Source of the DNA: Candidatus Heimdallarchaeota archaeon
GTDB taxonomy: Archaea > Asgardarchaeota > Heimdallarchaeia > Heimdallarchaeales > Heimdallarchaeaceae
Assembly (NCBI GenBank): GCA_018238545.1
Contig: JABCTC010000047.1
Location: forward strand, 1-26,554
Reading direction: 5' to 3'
DNA length: 26,554 bases
In this document: piece by piece, positions 18,901-26,554 of the stretch
Layout: each line of letters opens with the position of its first letter
Position numbering within the stretch: position 1 is the first letter of the stretch
Program-made: the position numbers and the translations under genes
Notes under the pieces: generated by a model
Databases searched by the model: none
What the model saw: the letters and a program-made list of their open reading frames with translations, nothing else
What the model was told of the DNA's origin: nothing

Positions 18901-19429
18901 TAGTATAATCACCCTTCTCCTGAATCTCAATTAGCTCTCCAGAGAAGTCAGGAGGAGCCAAAATTTTGCTGATGATTGTCTTTGTTTCTTGAACTTCTCC
19001 AAGAATATCCCCCCCATGAATAATATCTCCTTTCTTAATTTCTTTATTAGGTTTAAATTGCCATTTCTTTTGTCTGTCTAGCGCATTTGTTCTAATCCCT
19101 CTTTTAATGAAATCTGATTTTGAAATTTGCTTAATCCTATCTAATGGTCGTTGTATGCCATCAAAAATATTAGAGAGCAATCCAGGTCCCAACTCAGCTG
19201 TTAATGATTTGCCTGTAGGATAGACTGGGTCGTTTATTCGTAATCCTTCAACAGACTCATAGACCTGAATTGTGGCAACATCTCGCTCTATTACGATTAC
19301 TTCGCCTACTAATCGTTCCTCTCCCACGTAAGTAATTTCACCCATTCTGTATGAAGAAAGACCCTTAACTTGGACTATTGACCCGTTTATTGAAACAATA
19401 CGGGCATCCTCTTCCTTAATGACAGACAT
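15977..19429 (-). CDS. atpA: A/V-type ATPase catalytic subunit A, intein-containing (600-aa extein plus 550-aa intein)
   Basis: [15 protein letters not shown], Walker A GGFGTGK|T split by the insert, [22 protein letters not shown] and [12 protein letters not shown]. Confidence 0.97.
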   Translation of the reverse strand: MSVIKEEDARIVSINGSIVQVKGLSSYRMGEITYVGEERLVGEVIVIERDVATIQVYESVEGLRINDPVYPTGKSLTAELGPGLLSNIFDGIQRPLDRIKQISKSDFIKRGIRTNALDRQKKWQFKPNKEIKKGDIIHGGDILGEVQETKTIISKILAPPDFSGELIEIQEKGDYTIIEPILLSKNNDGMRKELSLMHEWPVRIARPFATKLPVSEPLITGQRIIDMFFPIAKGGTAAIPGGFGTGKCVSGDTLILRKEGNLEKIEDLYKEALNGDNLVEKDSEDETLIRLKKPLRVLSFNQKDGSLTEGKATHLYKGYSSKMIRVTTKKGRSVTLTPLHKLQIFDGKEIIEKESQKLNVGDFVLSPRKLSYHYKNIKRKKINVYDIADSLRTADKTAIREIRESVDKYITLNNISLIQMAEKLNVSADVFNGFYYGINNPTLRFIKKLQRITKQEINFKTVKAERQSESVKLPNKMNPELAEFLGLLLSDGRVTNYKTMYLYNNDNHIRERFSTLVQLLFDSKSKERVENNVKTTVFYSRPVGIFLQYLNFPSEKKSRTASIPDLIQMSEDEDLIHFLNAYIAGDGYVKGYTLEIATASKSISSGLCYILSRLNIIYRKTKQTVKDHEYYRISVEGSQLEELGHLFKIHGVTEYKKTKKIYSYTIKNIDHFVSSDAIPISINLLTESKKLFINSHSNPRKSKALTAIKNVSMGRKITNKTLENIIHIIKEQNQHDSPEESTALVQRLDSIKQLHSEFYFDEVKLIELLNWDEEVYDLVVEKYHNFIGGNEPFILHNTVIQHQMSKWSNANVVVYIGCGERGNEMTDVLREFPKLIDPYTNNPLMARTILVANVSNMPVAAREASIYMGITMAEYYRDQGYAVLLTADSTSRWAEALREISGQLAELPVEEGFPAYLGARLANFYERAGKVIPIGSPYREGSINITAAVSPPGGDFSEPVTANTKRFVKTFWGLDSTLANRKHFPAINWLNSYSGYISEIEEWALESGLEDWGRYRQEMMKLLLKDEELQHIVELIGSKALPSDEQLIILIADIIKSGILQQSAFHPVDTFCPIDKQMKMMKLILLFYQRADILIKNGCPISSIISLKSVQFLKRMKEDVSNEDLMQLNKIEDYIHSEMEEVGSKCGYRI
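17039..18688 (-). mobile_element. Intein with LAGLIDADG homing endonuclease in the AtpA Walker A motif
   Basis: Starts CVSGDT (residue 248). Block B TPLHK, block F VYDLVV and terminal HN followed by Thr+1. LAGLIDADG motifs [12 protein letters not shown] and [10 protein letters not shown]. 1650 nt, and removal restores GGFGTGKTV. Confidence 0.95.
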
Positions 19430-19522
19430 ATGTCATAATCTGATTTGAATGTTAAGTATTTTACTATTCAACAATATAGCATAAAACCTAAACTTTTAAA
19501 CGCAAATTCAAGTAGTCTAAGT
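19430..19522. promoter_or_regulatory. Divergent atpA/atpF promoter region
   Basis: 93-bp AT-rich gap. CTTTTAAA at 19493-19500 lies 23-30 nt upstream of the atpF ATG 19523, which is leaderless-type spacing, and no SD is present. Confidence 0.5.
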
Positions 19523-19834
19523 ATGGCTGACCTTGGAACTACCAAGAAAGCATTTGTTATCGGGGCAAGAGAAACTGTAAGGGGTTTCAATTTAATTGGT
19601 GTTCCAGGAAAAGAAGTCAATGATTCAGCTGAAGTCATGGAAACATTGGAAGAAGTGCTTGAACAAGATTATAGCGTCATAATTCTCTCTGCTTCTTGCA
19701 CATTTGAAATCGAGAATCAGATAATCGAATTAAGAAAGAATGTTCAAACTCCTATAATAATAGTTTCGGACGTCAATATGCAAGTTGATATTAAACAAAT
19801 AGAGAAGCAATTTAGATCATTTGTTGGTATTTAA
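19523..19834 (+). CDS. atpF: A/V-type ATPase subunit F, divergent from atpA
   Basis: VIGARETVRGFNLIGV, DYSVIIL, PIII and C-terminal VGI. 103 aa from ATG 19523. Confidence 0.9.
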   Translation: MADLGTTKKAFVIGARETVRGFNLIGVPGKEVNDSAEVMETLEEVLEQDYSVIILSASCTFEIENQIIELRKNVQTPIIIVSDVNMQVDIKQIEKQFRSFVGI

Positions 19835-20575
19835 TTTCTTTTTTTTAGCAATAACTGAATAGGCTTTATTTGCTGTTATAAATCCGATTTTTTCATAAAT
19901 ACGAACAGCAGCTTTATTGTTTTCCTCTACCCAGAGAAATATCTTTTCGACTCCTTCTTCAAATGCAATGCTACAGATTTTAGAACTGATATCGTATCCA
20001 AAACCTTTTCCTCGGTAAGAAGGTCGTGTCCAAACATCTCTTACAATTGCAAATGAAAAACTTTCATTTATTACTACATGTGGAGCGAAACCACAAGCAA
20101 CTAGTGATCCATTTTCAACAATACCTGCTCCACCCACTCCACTTTTCATGTGGATTTTTCGATTCATTGAAACTAATTTTTGATCCTCTTGATTGAGCTT
20201 TCTTGATAGATGTTCATCCTTGGTTTGAAAATCTTTTTTTGACAATTCCATGCACAAAAATGAGTTGTATGTATTTTCATCCCAAGAGGAGTCTAATTGT
20301 TTTATATCGGTAAAATGCTCTACTATTGATGGCATCCATTCCAAATCCGCAGAAATTACAACCTCACCCCTATCATCTATGTTCATAAAGATGTCTGGAT
20401 TAATTTTTCCACTTATTAGGTTGTGTTGTCCGTATGTACATCTTAATGTAGAACCAATTGTTTCAACCTGAAAAATATCCGACATGTAATAATAATCCCA
20501 TACCATAAAGCAATATTTAGCTAAATCCCTTATAGCAATTTTAAGAAAATATCGAATGTTATCTTTCATCTTCAA
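19817..20575 (-). CDS. GNAT-family N-acetyltransferase (C-terminal GNAT domain)
   Basis: VWTRPSYRGKGFG (motif A) and LWV..NNKAAVRIYEKIGF (motif B). The 3' end overlaps atpF by 18 nt. Confidence 0.9.
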   Translation of the reverse strand: MKMKDNIRYFLKIAIRDLAKYCFMVWDYYYMSDIFQVETIGSTLRCTYGQHNLISGKINPDIFMNIDDRGEVVISADLEWMPSIVEHFTDIKQLDSSWDENTYNSFLCMELSKKDFQTKDEHLSRKLNQEDQKLVSMNRKIHMKSGVGGAGIVENGSLVACGFAPHVVINESFSFAIVRDVWTRPSYRGKGFGYDISSKICSIAFEEGVEKIFLWVEENNKAAVRIYEKIGFITANKAYSVIAKKKKLNTNK

Positions 20576-20637
20576 ACAGATTCATTTTTATTTGTATGAT
20601 TATCAATTTTATCTTTACTGATTGAATCTAATCACAG

Positions 20638-21543
20638 CTATCTGGGGCTAAAGAGTTCTCTATCCACATTCTTTAGAAATTCCTCATACTCTACTTGAGG
20701 ATCTTTCTTTATTGCTCGTTTGATTCTTGTTATCCCTTCGTATCTCTGCCCTAGTCGTATCAAAGCTTTACCTGACAAAAAAGTAGCTTCAGGATCATCT
20801 TTCAATAGGGCCAGAAGCTCATTACTTATATTGAAAGCTTTTTGATTATTCTTTTTAGTTAAATACAATCGAGCAAGTTTGTGATACAATTCCTTCTTTA
20901 TTGGTCTTGTTTTTTCCTCAACTTGTAATCCCTCAAGATATTTTTGCTGTGCTAAATCTTCTCTTCCGATTACTTGAAATAAATCACCTAATTCCTCGTA
21001 GAATAATTGGTTTATTGGGTCAATATCAATTGCTTCATTATATGCATCAATTGCAGAAGTATGATTTTCTAATTCTTTATAATTACGGGCAAGCAATCTC
21101 CATACTTCGGAATCATTTTTCTTGTTTCTCAAATAAGTCTCAAAACATAAAACAGCAATTTGAAACTCTCTTCGTAGCATTGCCACTTTCCCTCTTCCAA
21201 GCCATGATTGGATTGCTTGAGGATTTAGAGATGTTGCTTTAAAATAATAAGTCTCAGCTAATTCTGTGCTATTTGTTAATCTATAAGTCTCTCCTAGAAG
21301 TTCGTAAGCTTTCCAAAAATCAGAATCCATTGCAATAACTGAAGTTAATTCCTCGATTGTTTGTTTGAACTTTCCAGTTAAATAGTAAACTTTTCCTTTT
21401 AGATATATGAAGTACGGATCATTGTATTTTTTCATCATTCTTTCTAGAAAAGGCAGGGCTTCGTCAAATAGTTGATTATCAATTAAACTTTCTATAAGTT
21501 CAATTTGAAATTCTTTCATGCTTTCGTCATCTACAATCCCCAT
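20638..21543 (-). CDS. Tetratricopeptide-repeat protein (301 aa)
   Basis: Repeated TPR consensus, e.g. AYELLGETY, SWLGRGKVA, AIDAYNEAIDIDP and YEELGDLF. SD AAGGTGG. Confidence 0.88.
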   Translation of the reverse strand: MGIVDDESMKEFQIELIESLIDNQLFDEALPFLERMMKKYNDPYFIYLKGKVYYLTGKFKQTIEELTSVIAMDSDFWKAYELLGETYRLTNSTELAETYYFKATSLNPQAIQSWLGRGKVAMLRREFQIAVLCFETYLRNKKNDSEVWRLLARNYKELENHTSAIDAYNEAIDIDPINQLFYEELGDLFQVIGREDLAQQKYLEGLQVEEKTRPIKKELYHKLARLYLTKKNNQKAFNISNELLALLKDDPEATFLSGKALIRLGQRYEGITRIKRAIKKDPQVEYEEFLKNVDRELFSPR

Positions 21544-21659
21544 AAATCCACCTTATATCTATCTCTTAATCTAACATATTAAAAGTTTCGTAGAATTTTA
21601 GATTCTCGAAAATTTGTGCTCGATAGGGAATTTAAATTAGAAAAAAGAGTGAAAATGAA

Positions 21660-23258
21660 TTAGTCCTCTGATGGAAATCTCTCCATTAATTCTCTCTTTA
21701 AAACTTTGCCTGCTGCACTCAAAGGAAGTTCATCTATGATTTCATAATACTTTGGAACTTTATATCTTGAGAGCTGTTCATTACAGAAATCTTGTACTTC
21801 TTCAGTTGTAAGATCATGTCCCTCTTTTGCAACAATGAAAGCTTTGGGAACCTCTCCAAAATACTCGTCAGGAATTGGGATTACTGCAGCTACGCTGATT
21901 GCAGGATGTTTAAAAAGCACTTCCTCGATTTCTCTTGGATATATTTTGAGACCTCCAGAGTTGATGATGTCTTTTAGTCTATCTACTAAGAAGTAATAAT
22001 CTTCATCGTCTGCCTTACCAAGATCACCAGTTCTTAGCCATCCATCAGGTGTGAAAACATTGACAGATTCAAGCCCCTTTCCCCAGTAACCTCTCATCAC
22101 TTGAGGACCTTTGATGGTCAATTCCCCAACATCACCTGTTTCTAACTGTTCTAGTGATTGAGAATCAATGATTCTTACCTGAGTATCCACAAGTGGTATT
22201 CCAATAGAGTTTACCTTTGTTTTCCCGTAAGGATTGATATGCGTAACAGGACTGCATTCAGTTAAACCATATCCTTCAACTATTGAAATGCCAGTTTTTT
22301 CTTCAAATGAACGGTGAATTTCTTTTGGTAAAGCAGAACCCCCAGACACACATATTTTGAGAGAGGATAGGTTAAAATCCTCAATTTTCTGTCTTAAAAT
22401 AGCTATGTACATTGTTGGAACACCATAAAAGGATGAAACTTCTTTTTCTTCTATAATCTTCATGACATCTGTTGGATGGAATTTTGGAAGTATGATGATT
22501 TTTTCTCCTCTAAATAAAGGAGCAAAAAAACCACATTGGAGACCAAAACTATGACATAATGGAAGAGACGATAAAACACCATTTGAATATTCTCTTGGTA
22601 TGCTAGATGACCAATGATTGAATTGGTATGCATTTGCTATCATATTAAAATGTGTGAGCATTACACCTTTGGCTAAACCCGTTGTACCACCACTGTAAAG
22701 AAGGAATGCAACATCTTCAGAATTACTAATTATACCTGTGAAGAGATCCTCTTGCTTGAAAATACTTTCCATATTCATTATTTTATTGTCACTAACAGAA
22801 TCTATTTTGCATTTTGAATCAGGTGTTAAAATACTTGAAAGCAATTTGTAATGTTTTGGTATATTTGAAATTAACTCACAGAATGATTCATTTGTAATCA
22901 AAATTTTTGTTTCAGAATCAATTATCTGAAACTCAATTTCTTTTTGGGATAATCTGGTATTGATGAGTGTTACCTTAGCTCCAACTTGAAAAGCAGCAAA
23001 AACTGATACAACAAACCAAATTGTATTAGGTAAAAGAACAGAAATAGTATCTTGAGGCTGTATATTCTCTGATAAGAAATAATCAGCAAGTTTGTTTGAA
23101 TACTTGATTAGTTGTCGAGGAGTATAAGATTCCTTTCCCTGTTCTATTATTATTTTATCAAGTTCTCTTTCTGTTACATTAAGAAAGATTTCATAAATAG
23201 AGGCTTCCGGATATTTTAATGTAGTCTCTTTAACATTTAGCCACTTTGAATCACTCAA
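21660..23258 (-). CDS. Long-chain-fatty-acid--CoA ligase (FadD-like adenylate-forming enzyme)
   Basis: LLYSGGTTGLAKG, EGYGLTE, WLRTGDLG, DRLKD and LPLSAAGK. TTG start. Confidence 0.9.
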   Translation of the reverse strand: MSDSKWLNVKETTLKYPEASIYEIFLNVTERELDKIIIEQGKESYTPRQLIKYSNKLADYFLSENIQPQDTISVLLPNTIWFVVSVFAAFQVGAKVTLINTRLSQKEIEFQIIDSETKILITNESFCELISNIPKHYKLLSSILTPDSKCKIDSVSDNKIMNMESIFKQEDLFTGIISNSEDVAFLLYSGGTTGLAKGVMLTHFNMIANAYQFNHWSSSIPREYSNGVLSSLPLCHSFGLQCGFFAPLFRGEKIIILPKFHPTDVMKIIEEKEVSSFYGVPTMYIAILRQKIEDFNLSSLKICVSGGSALPKEIHRSFEEKTGISIVEGYGLTECSPVTHINPYGKTKVNSIGIPLVDTQVRIIDSQSLEQLETGDVGELTIKGPQVMRGYWGKGLESVNVFTPDGWLRTGDLGKADDEDYYFLVDRLKDIINSGGLKIYPREIEEVLFKHPAISVAAVIPIPDEYFGEVPKAFIVAKEGHDLTTEEVQDFCNEQLSRYKVPKYYEIIDELPLSAAGKVLKRELMERFPSED

Positions 23259-23394
23259 TACTATTCACTGATTCTACAGTTTTTAAAGGCATTAATGAAC
23301 TTTATTAAACTAGTTAAATGAAGTTTTTGTATAAGCACAACTTTGATATAGTAAAATTAGGTGTTTTGCCTATAATCTCACTTGGTTTTAGATA

Positions 23395-26154
23395 ATGTCC
23401 CCACCAAAAAAAATTGATAAGAAAAGTGGAAAGAAAAAGAGAGTTAAATACAGTGAGGACGATTTATCAAAATTTGCTCAACAATTCGAGATTTCGTATG
23501 AATCCGATAAAGAGAAATTTGTGAGTGATTTAGCTATTAAAGGTCAGAACCTTTTGAAAGAAGGTAAATATAACGAATCTGAAGAAATATGCGGATTCTT
23601 ACTGAGCGTTGGTAAACAGTGGAAAGATAATTTTACAATAATGAAATCTTTACTTCTAAAAGCCCAATTAGGTTCCAGTTTGAATCAGGAAACTATAGTC
23701 TTCCTAGCTAAAGCTTTGTCTCTTGCTAAGAAATTAAAATATAATGAGATTATTGTTGGTGTAAGAGTTCAGCTAGCCTATGAATACTTCCATCAGAGGG
23801 ATTTTAAGAAGGTTCTTAAACAAATTGCAGAAATCGAAAAATATGAACCATTGGGTCTTGAAAATTCTAAGGTTATCTATGAGTTGAAATCGAGATGTTA
23901 TTGGGAGGAAGATGATTATATCAAAGGATTTGATGCAACATACAACTGGTTCGGTTATCTTAAAGAAACAGATGATGTGCATTCAATGTTTATTGTAATA
24001 GTATATCTTTTAACCGTTGTATCATCATTAGATTTGCCGATAATTAAAGAAAAAATAAATGAGATTAAAAAAGAAATTGCGCAAGTTTTAGCAAATCTTG
24101 CTACATCTCCTCACCTATTTCAAAACCTTATACCTAATATTGAAACACTATTTGCAAAATCATTAATGATGGTTCATCCTGAGGTTCTCTATGAGTTTGC
24201 AGATATGTTTTTGCAAACAGTTAGGTGGATGGACGAGGAAAAATTCCTATATTCGTGTCTGAAACTTGCAGATGCTTTTTACAAAATTAATGATTCTAAA
24301 AAAGCAGTGGAAATAATTGATAAAGGTAAAGAGTTCATAAAAGATAAGAAATATGATAAACTGGATAATAAAATAAATCTGAAGAAAGTAGAATTTACAA
24401 GTCTAATATTCTATTTTATGTCTTTTGACCCTCTTTACGACCCGCTCAGTATCGAGAGTATTAATATTATTGAGGATGAAGTCCAATCTGATTATTTCCT
24501 TAAAACATTTTACGCTCCAATTAACAGCTATGCATCTACATCTTACTCTCAGTTCCTTAGAATCTTGGAAAAAGCAAAGACAAATAGGCTAACAAAGGAA
24601 AAATCATTGCAGATAAACGGGTTATCTGACGAAGAAGAAAGAAAGTACTTTGTATTGCGGTTAATCCTAGCTAATAAAATGATTGATATTTTATTCAGAG
24701 AAGATTTCCAAATAGATGAGAACATATCAAATACACTACATTCGACAGTTTCTCCATTTTATTCAGTTATTGGTGTTCTTTCAGCAGAAAAGGGAGAAAA
24801 AATCACGGATGTTGAGGAAATGGAACGCATTCTGCTTGAAATACAAAGAGCAATTAATTGTCCTGCTTCAATTGCTGAGATTATTTTTCCAAGTAAACAC
24901 CCACACTTGGATCTTTTACGCTTCTCATCTAATGATGGAGGTTTCAAAGATCTCCAAGAAAAAATTCTAAGTTGTGCTTTAAGTTTAAAGCATAAATATC
25001 CTTTTTTGCGTAACCTTAATTTTCTACAGATTTTTCAAAGCGATCCTATTACTCTATTTGATTTTTCATTGCGAGAACCACATCAGCTTGAACCTTTGTC
25101 TGTTCTATTGAGTAGAGCATCTGGTTTGGATTTTACAAATGAAACTCTAAGTGATCTATTTAAAGATACAATGAATTTATTTTTGCAGAAAGGGGATACT
25201 AGATATTGGAAGGATTTCTTCTACCAGTATGCTTGGTTACAACAGCGTGGAATATATCTTAATCTTTCTGAAGAATTTATTGAGAGAAAAAATAAACTAG
25301 CTGACGATCTTATCCTTCTAGCAGATAAACTGCAAGAAGAAGAAAATATTCTTGAGAGTAGATATTATAGATTGTTTCTGCAATTAACAAGTGAATTTAC
25401 AAGTTATCAAGAATTTCTAGATGACTTTCTGACGCTTGTTAAAAAGTATGAGAATAAGAAATATGAGGTAATATCAAAAATTCTTGCAAAATTATTCGCT
25501 AAAGAGGATTTTTCTTTAGAAGCTACACTTTCAGATTCCTTTGATTTGTTTTGTGAACTTTGTTCTTCAAAAGATTGGAAAAAAACTCTAGAACTGTTCT
25601 TACATTTTGTTTCTAATGTCCCCAACTTATCTAAACTGTTAGAAGTCTGTGAAAAGAAAGAAATTAAAGATACAGGCTTCTTAATCTATCTAAACTTAGT
25701 TAAACATTTTATTAGAGAAGATCAACCAGATTCAGCTTTTAGTATATTAAAATGGTTAATTGTAAGTTTAACAGAAAGGAAGAAGCATTTCGATTTACCT
25801 GAACACACTTGGAATTATCTTTTTGTGACAGCGAATACTTTTTTGTATGATCTCCTACCTATTCTAGACGAGAGTGAACTCAAAAATATGAATTATTCAA
25901 GAAATAAGGTTGTTGATAATTTACTGGAAAATTATGATTGGATTATCGATCCTACCTTTTTAGTGAAAATTCTTCTAGAAAAGATTACTGCATTGCTTCA
26001 AAAGAGCGATTTTGCTCTTGCAGAGAGGTTTTATTCTTGGATTGAGCAATTAATGTTTTACCACTGGAACATATTCACTTCCAAAGAACATAAAGATTTA
26101 CTTGAGAAAATACAAGAAACAAAGAAAGAGATAGTTAGTCAACATTTCACATGA
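23395..26154 (+). CDS. Large hypothetical alpha-helical-repeat (TPR-like) protein, 919 aa
   Basis: Long intact ORF with a Lys-rich N-terminus and TPR-like helices (LAKALSLAKKL, LKLADAFYKIND..KAVEI). No catalytic motif was recognised. Confidence 0.7.
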   Translation: MSPPKKIDKKSGKKKRVKYSEDDLSKFAQQFEISYESDKEKFVSDLAIKGQNLLKEGKYNESEEICGFLLSVGKQWKDNFTIMKSLLLKAQLGSSLNQETIVFLAKALSLAKKLKYNEIIVGVRVQLAYEYFHQRDFKKVLKQIAEIEKYEPLGLENSKVIYELKSRCYWEEDDYIKGFDATYNWFGYLKETDDVHSMFIVIVYLLTVVSSLDLPIIKEKINEIKKEIAQVLANLATSPHLFQNLIPNIETLFAKSLMMVHPEVLYEFADMFLQTVRWMDEEKFLYSCLKLADAFYKINDSKKAVEIIDKGKEFIKDKKYDKLDNKINLKKVEFTSLIFYFMSFDPLYDPLSIESINIIEDEVQSDYFLKTFYAPINSYASTSYSQFLRILEKAKTNRLTKEKSLQINGLSDEEERKYFVLRLILANKMIDILFREDFQIDENISNTLHSTVSPFYSVIGVLSAEKGEKITDVEEMERILLEIQRAINCPASIAEIIFPSKHPHLDLLRFSSNDGGFKDLQEKILSCALSLKHKYPFLRNLNFLQIFQSDPITLFDFSLREPHQLEPLSVLLSRASGLDFTNETLSDLFKDTMNLFLQKGDTRYWKDFFYQYAWLQQRGIYLNLSEEFIERKNKLADDLILLADKLQEEENILESRYYRLFLQLTSEFTSYQEFLDDFLTLVKKYENKKYEVISKILAKLFAKEDFSLEATLSDSFDLFCELCSSKDWKKTLELFLHFVSNVPNLSKLLEVCEKKEIKDTGFLIYLNLVKHFIREDQPDSAFSILKWLIVSLTERKKHFDLPEHTWNYLFVTANTFLYDLLPILDESELKNMNYSRNKVVDNLLENYDWIIDPTFLVKILLEKITALLQKSDFALAERFYSWIEQLMFYHWNIFTSKEHKDLLEKIQETKKEIVSQHFT

Positions 26155-26387
26155 CATTTCGCAAAAAACCTGAATCAGAATAAAATTCCCGAGAGTTTCG
26201 AGCTTTTGATGTATTTCACCTTTTTGTGGGCTTGGAATGTTTATATATAATCAATAATTTTAGAGCATTGGTCCTTCTAATGCTTTTTTGCGACCAAAAA
26301 TAGCACTGTAAGCAACAGCTGAAAGAAATATTGCTCAATCTTGCCAAAAAACAGAAAATTTTTCGTAAGAGCAGTAAAATTAGAACT

Positions 26388-26554
26388 ATGTTAGTAAGAA
26401 TTAGGCATAGCAGCATACATGCAAGGAGTATCAACTAGCACTATGAGGAGGTGGGAGAAGGAAGAAAGAATCCTCCCTTGCAAGAGGACAAGAGGAGGAC
26501 ACAGGAGATACAAACTCTCCCAGATGATAGGAGAAGAAGAAAAAGAGGAGGAGA
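26388..26554 (+). mobile_element. tnpA: IS607-family transposase (MerR-type HTH serine recombinase) 5' end, frameshifted and truncated by the window edge
   Basis: Translation by hand gives MLVRI from ATG 26388, then one extra base at about 26401-26403. The frame from 26404 reads GIAAYMQGVSTSTMRRWEKEERILPCKRTRGGHRRYKLSQM, the typical IS607 TnpA N-terminus (GVS..T.RRW...RT.GGHRRY). Confidence 0.78.

Noticed and set aside
19445-19522. 26-aa N-terminal extension of AtpF
   Set aside because: It covers the divergent promoter region. ATG 19523 gives a normal-length F subunit.
581-25625. Numerous short antisense or out-of-frame ORFs in the track (e.g. 581-784, 2365-2784, 5336-5614, 9847-10125, 18528-18767, 20901-21242, 24716-24970)
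   Set aside because: They lie wholly or largely within well-supported genes, have shadow-like composition and show no motifs.
26216-26434. 72-aa hydrophobic, Cys-rich minus-strand ORF
   Set aside because: It has a TTG start without an SD and no recognisable motif, and it lies antisense to the IS607 tnpA start and presumed element end. Likely spurious.
26443-26554. Purine-rich GAG/GAA tract as a simple repeat or ncRNA
   Set aside because: It is explained by the Arg/Glu/Gly/Lys codons of the TnpA N-terminus.
1-26554. CRISPR arrays, tRNA or rRNA genes, anti-phage defence systems
   Set aside because: No regularly spaced repeats, GC-rich structured RNA segments or nuclease/defence motifs were seen apart from the intein endonuclease. 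Intergenic spaces are short.

Overview
This AT-rich, gene-dense archaeal window is most likely from an Asgard archaeon. That is an inference from an Asgard-type profilin, an archaeal ATP-dependent DNA ligase and (A)GGTG(A) Shine-Dalgarno motifs. The core is a complete but scrambled A/V-type ATPase gene set. A-B-D-[USP]-E-I-K lies on the minus strand. atpC is inverted between atpK and atpH and overlaps atpH head-to-head, and atpF is divergent from atpA. atpA carries a 550-aa LAGLIDADG intein in its Walker A motif. A universal stress protein gene sits inside the ATPase operon and appears to start at a non-canonical ATT overlapping the atpD stop. Flanking genes include a profilin, DUF167, DNA ligase, a cytosolic IFT52/GIFT-like protein, a MinD/ParA ATPase, two tandem Zn-ribbon membrane paralogues, a HAD hydrolase, a GNAT, a TPR protein, an acyl-CoA ligase and a 919-aa helical-repeat protein. 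The right edge holds the frameshifted 5' end of an IS607-family transposase that the ORF track missed. No rRNA, tRNA or CRISPR array was seen. All family calls are by-eye motif recognition, not database searches.
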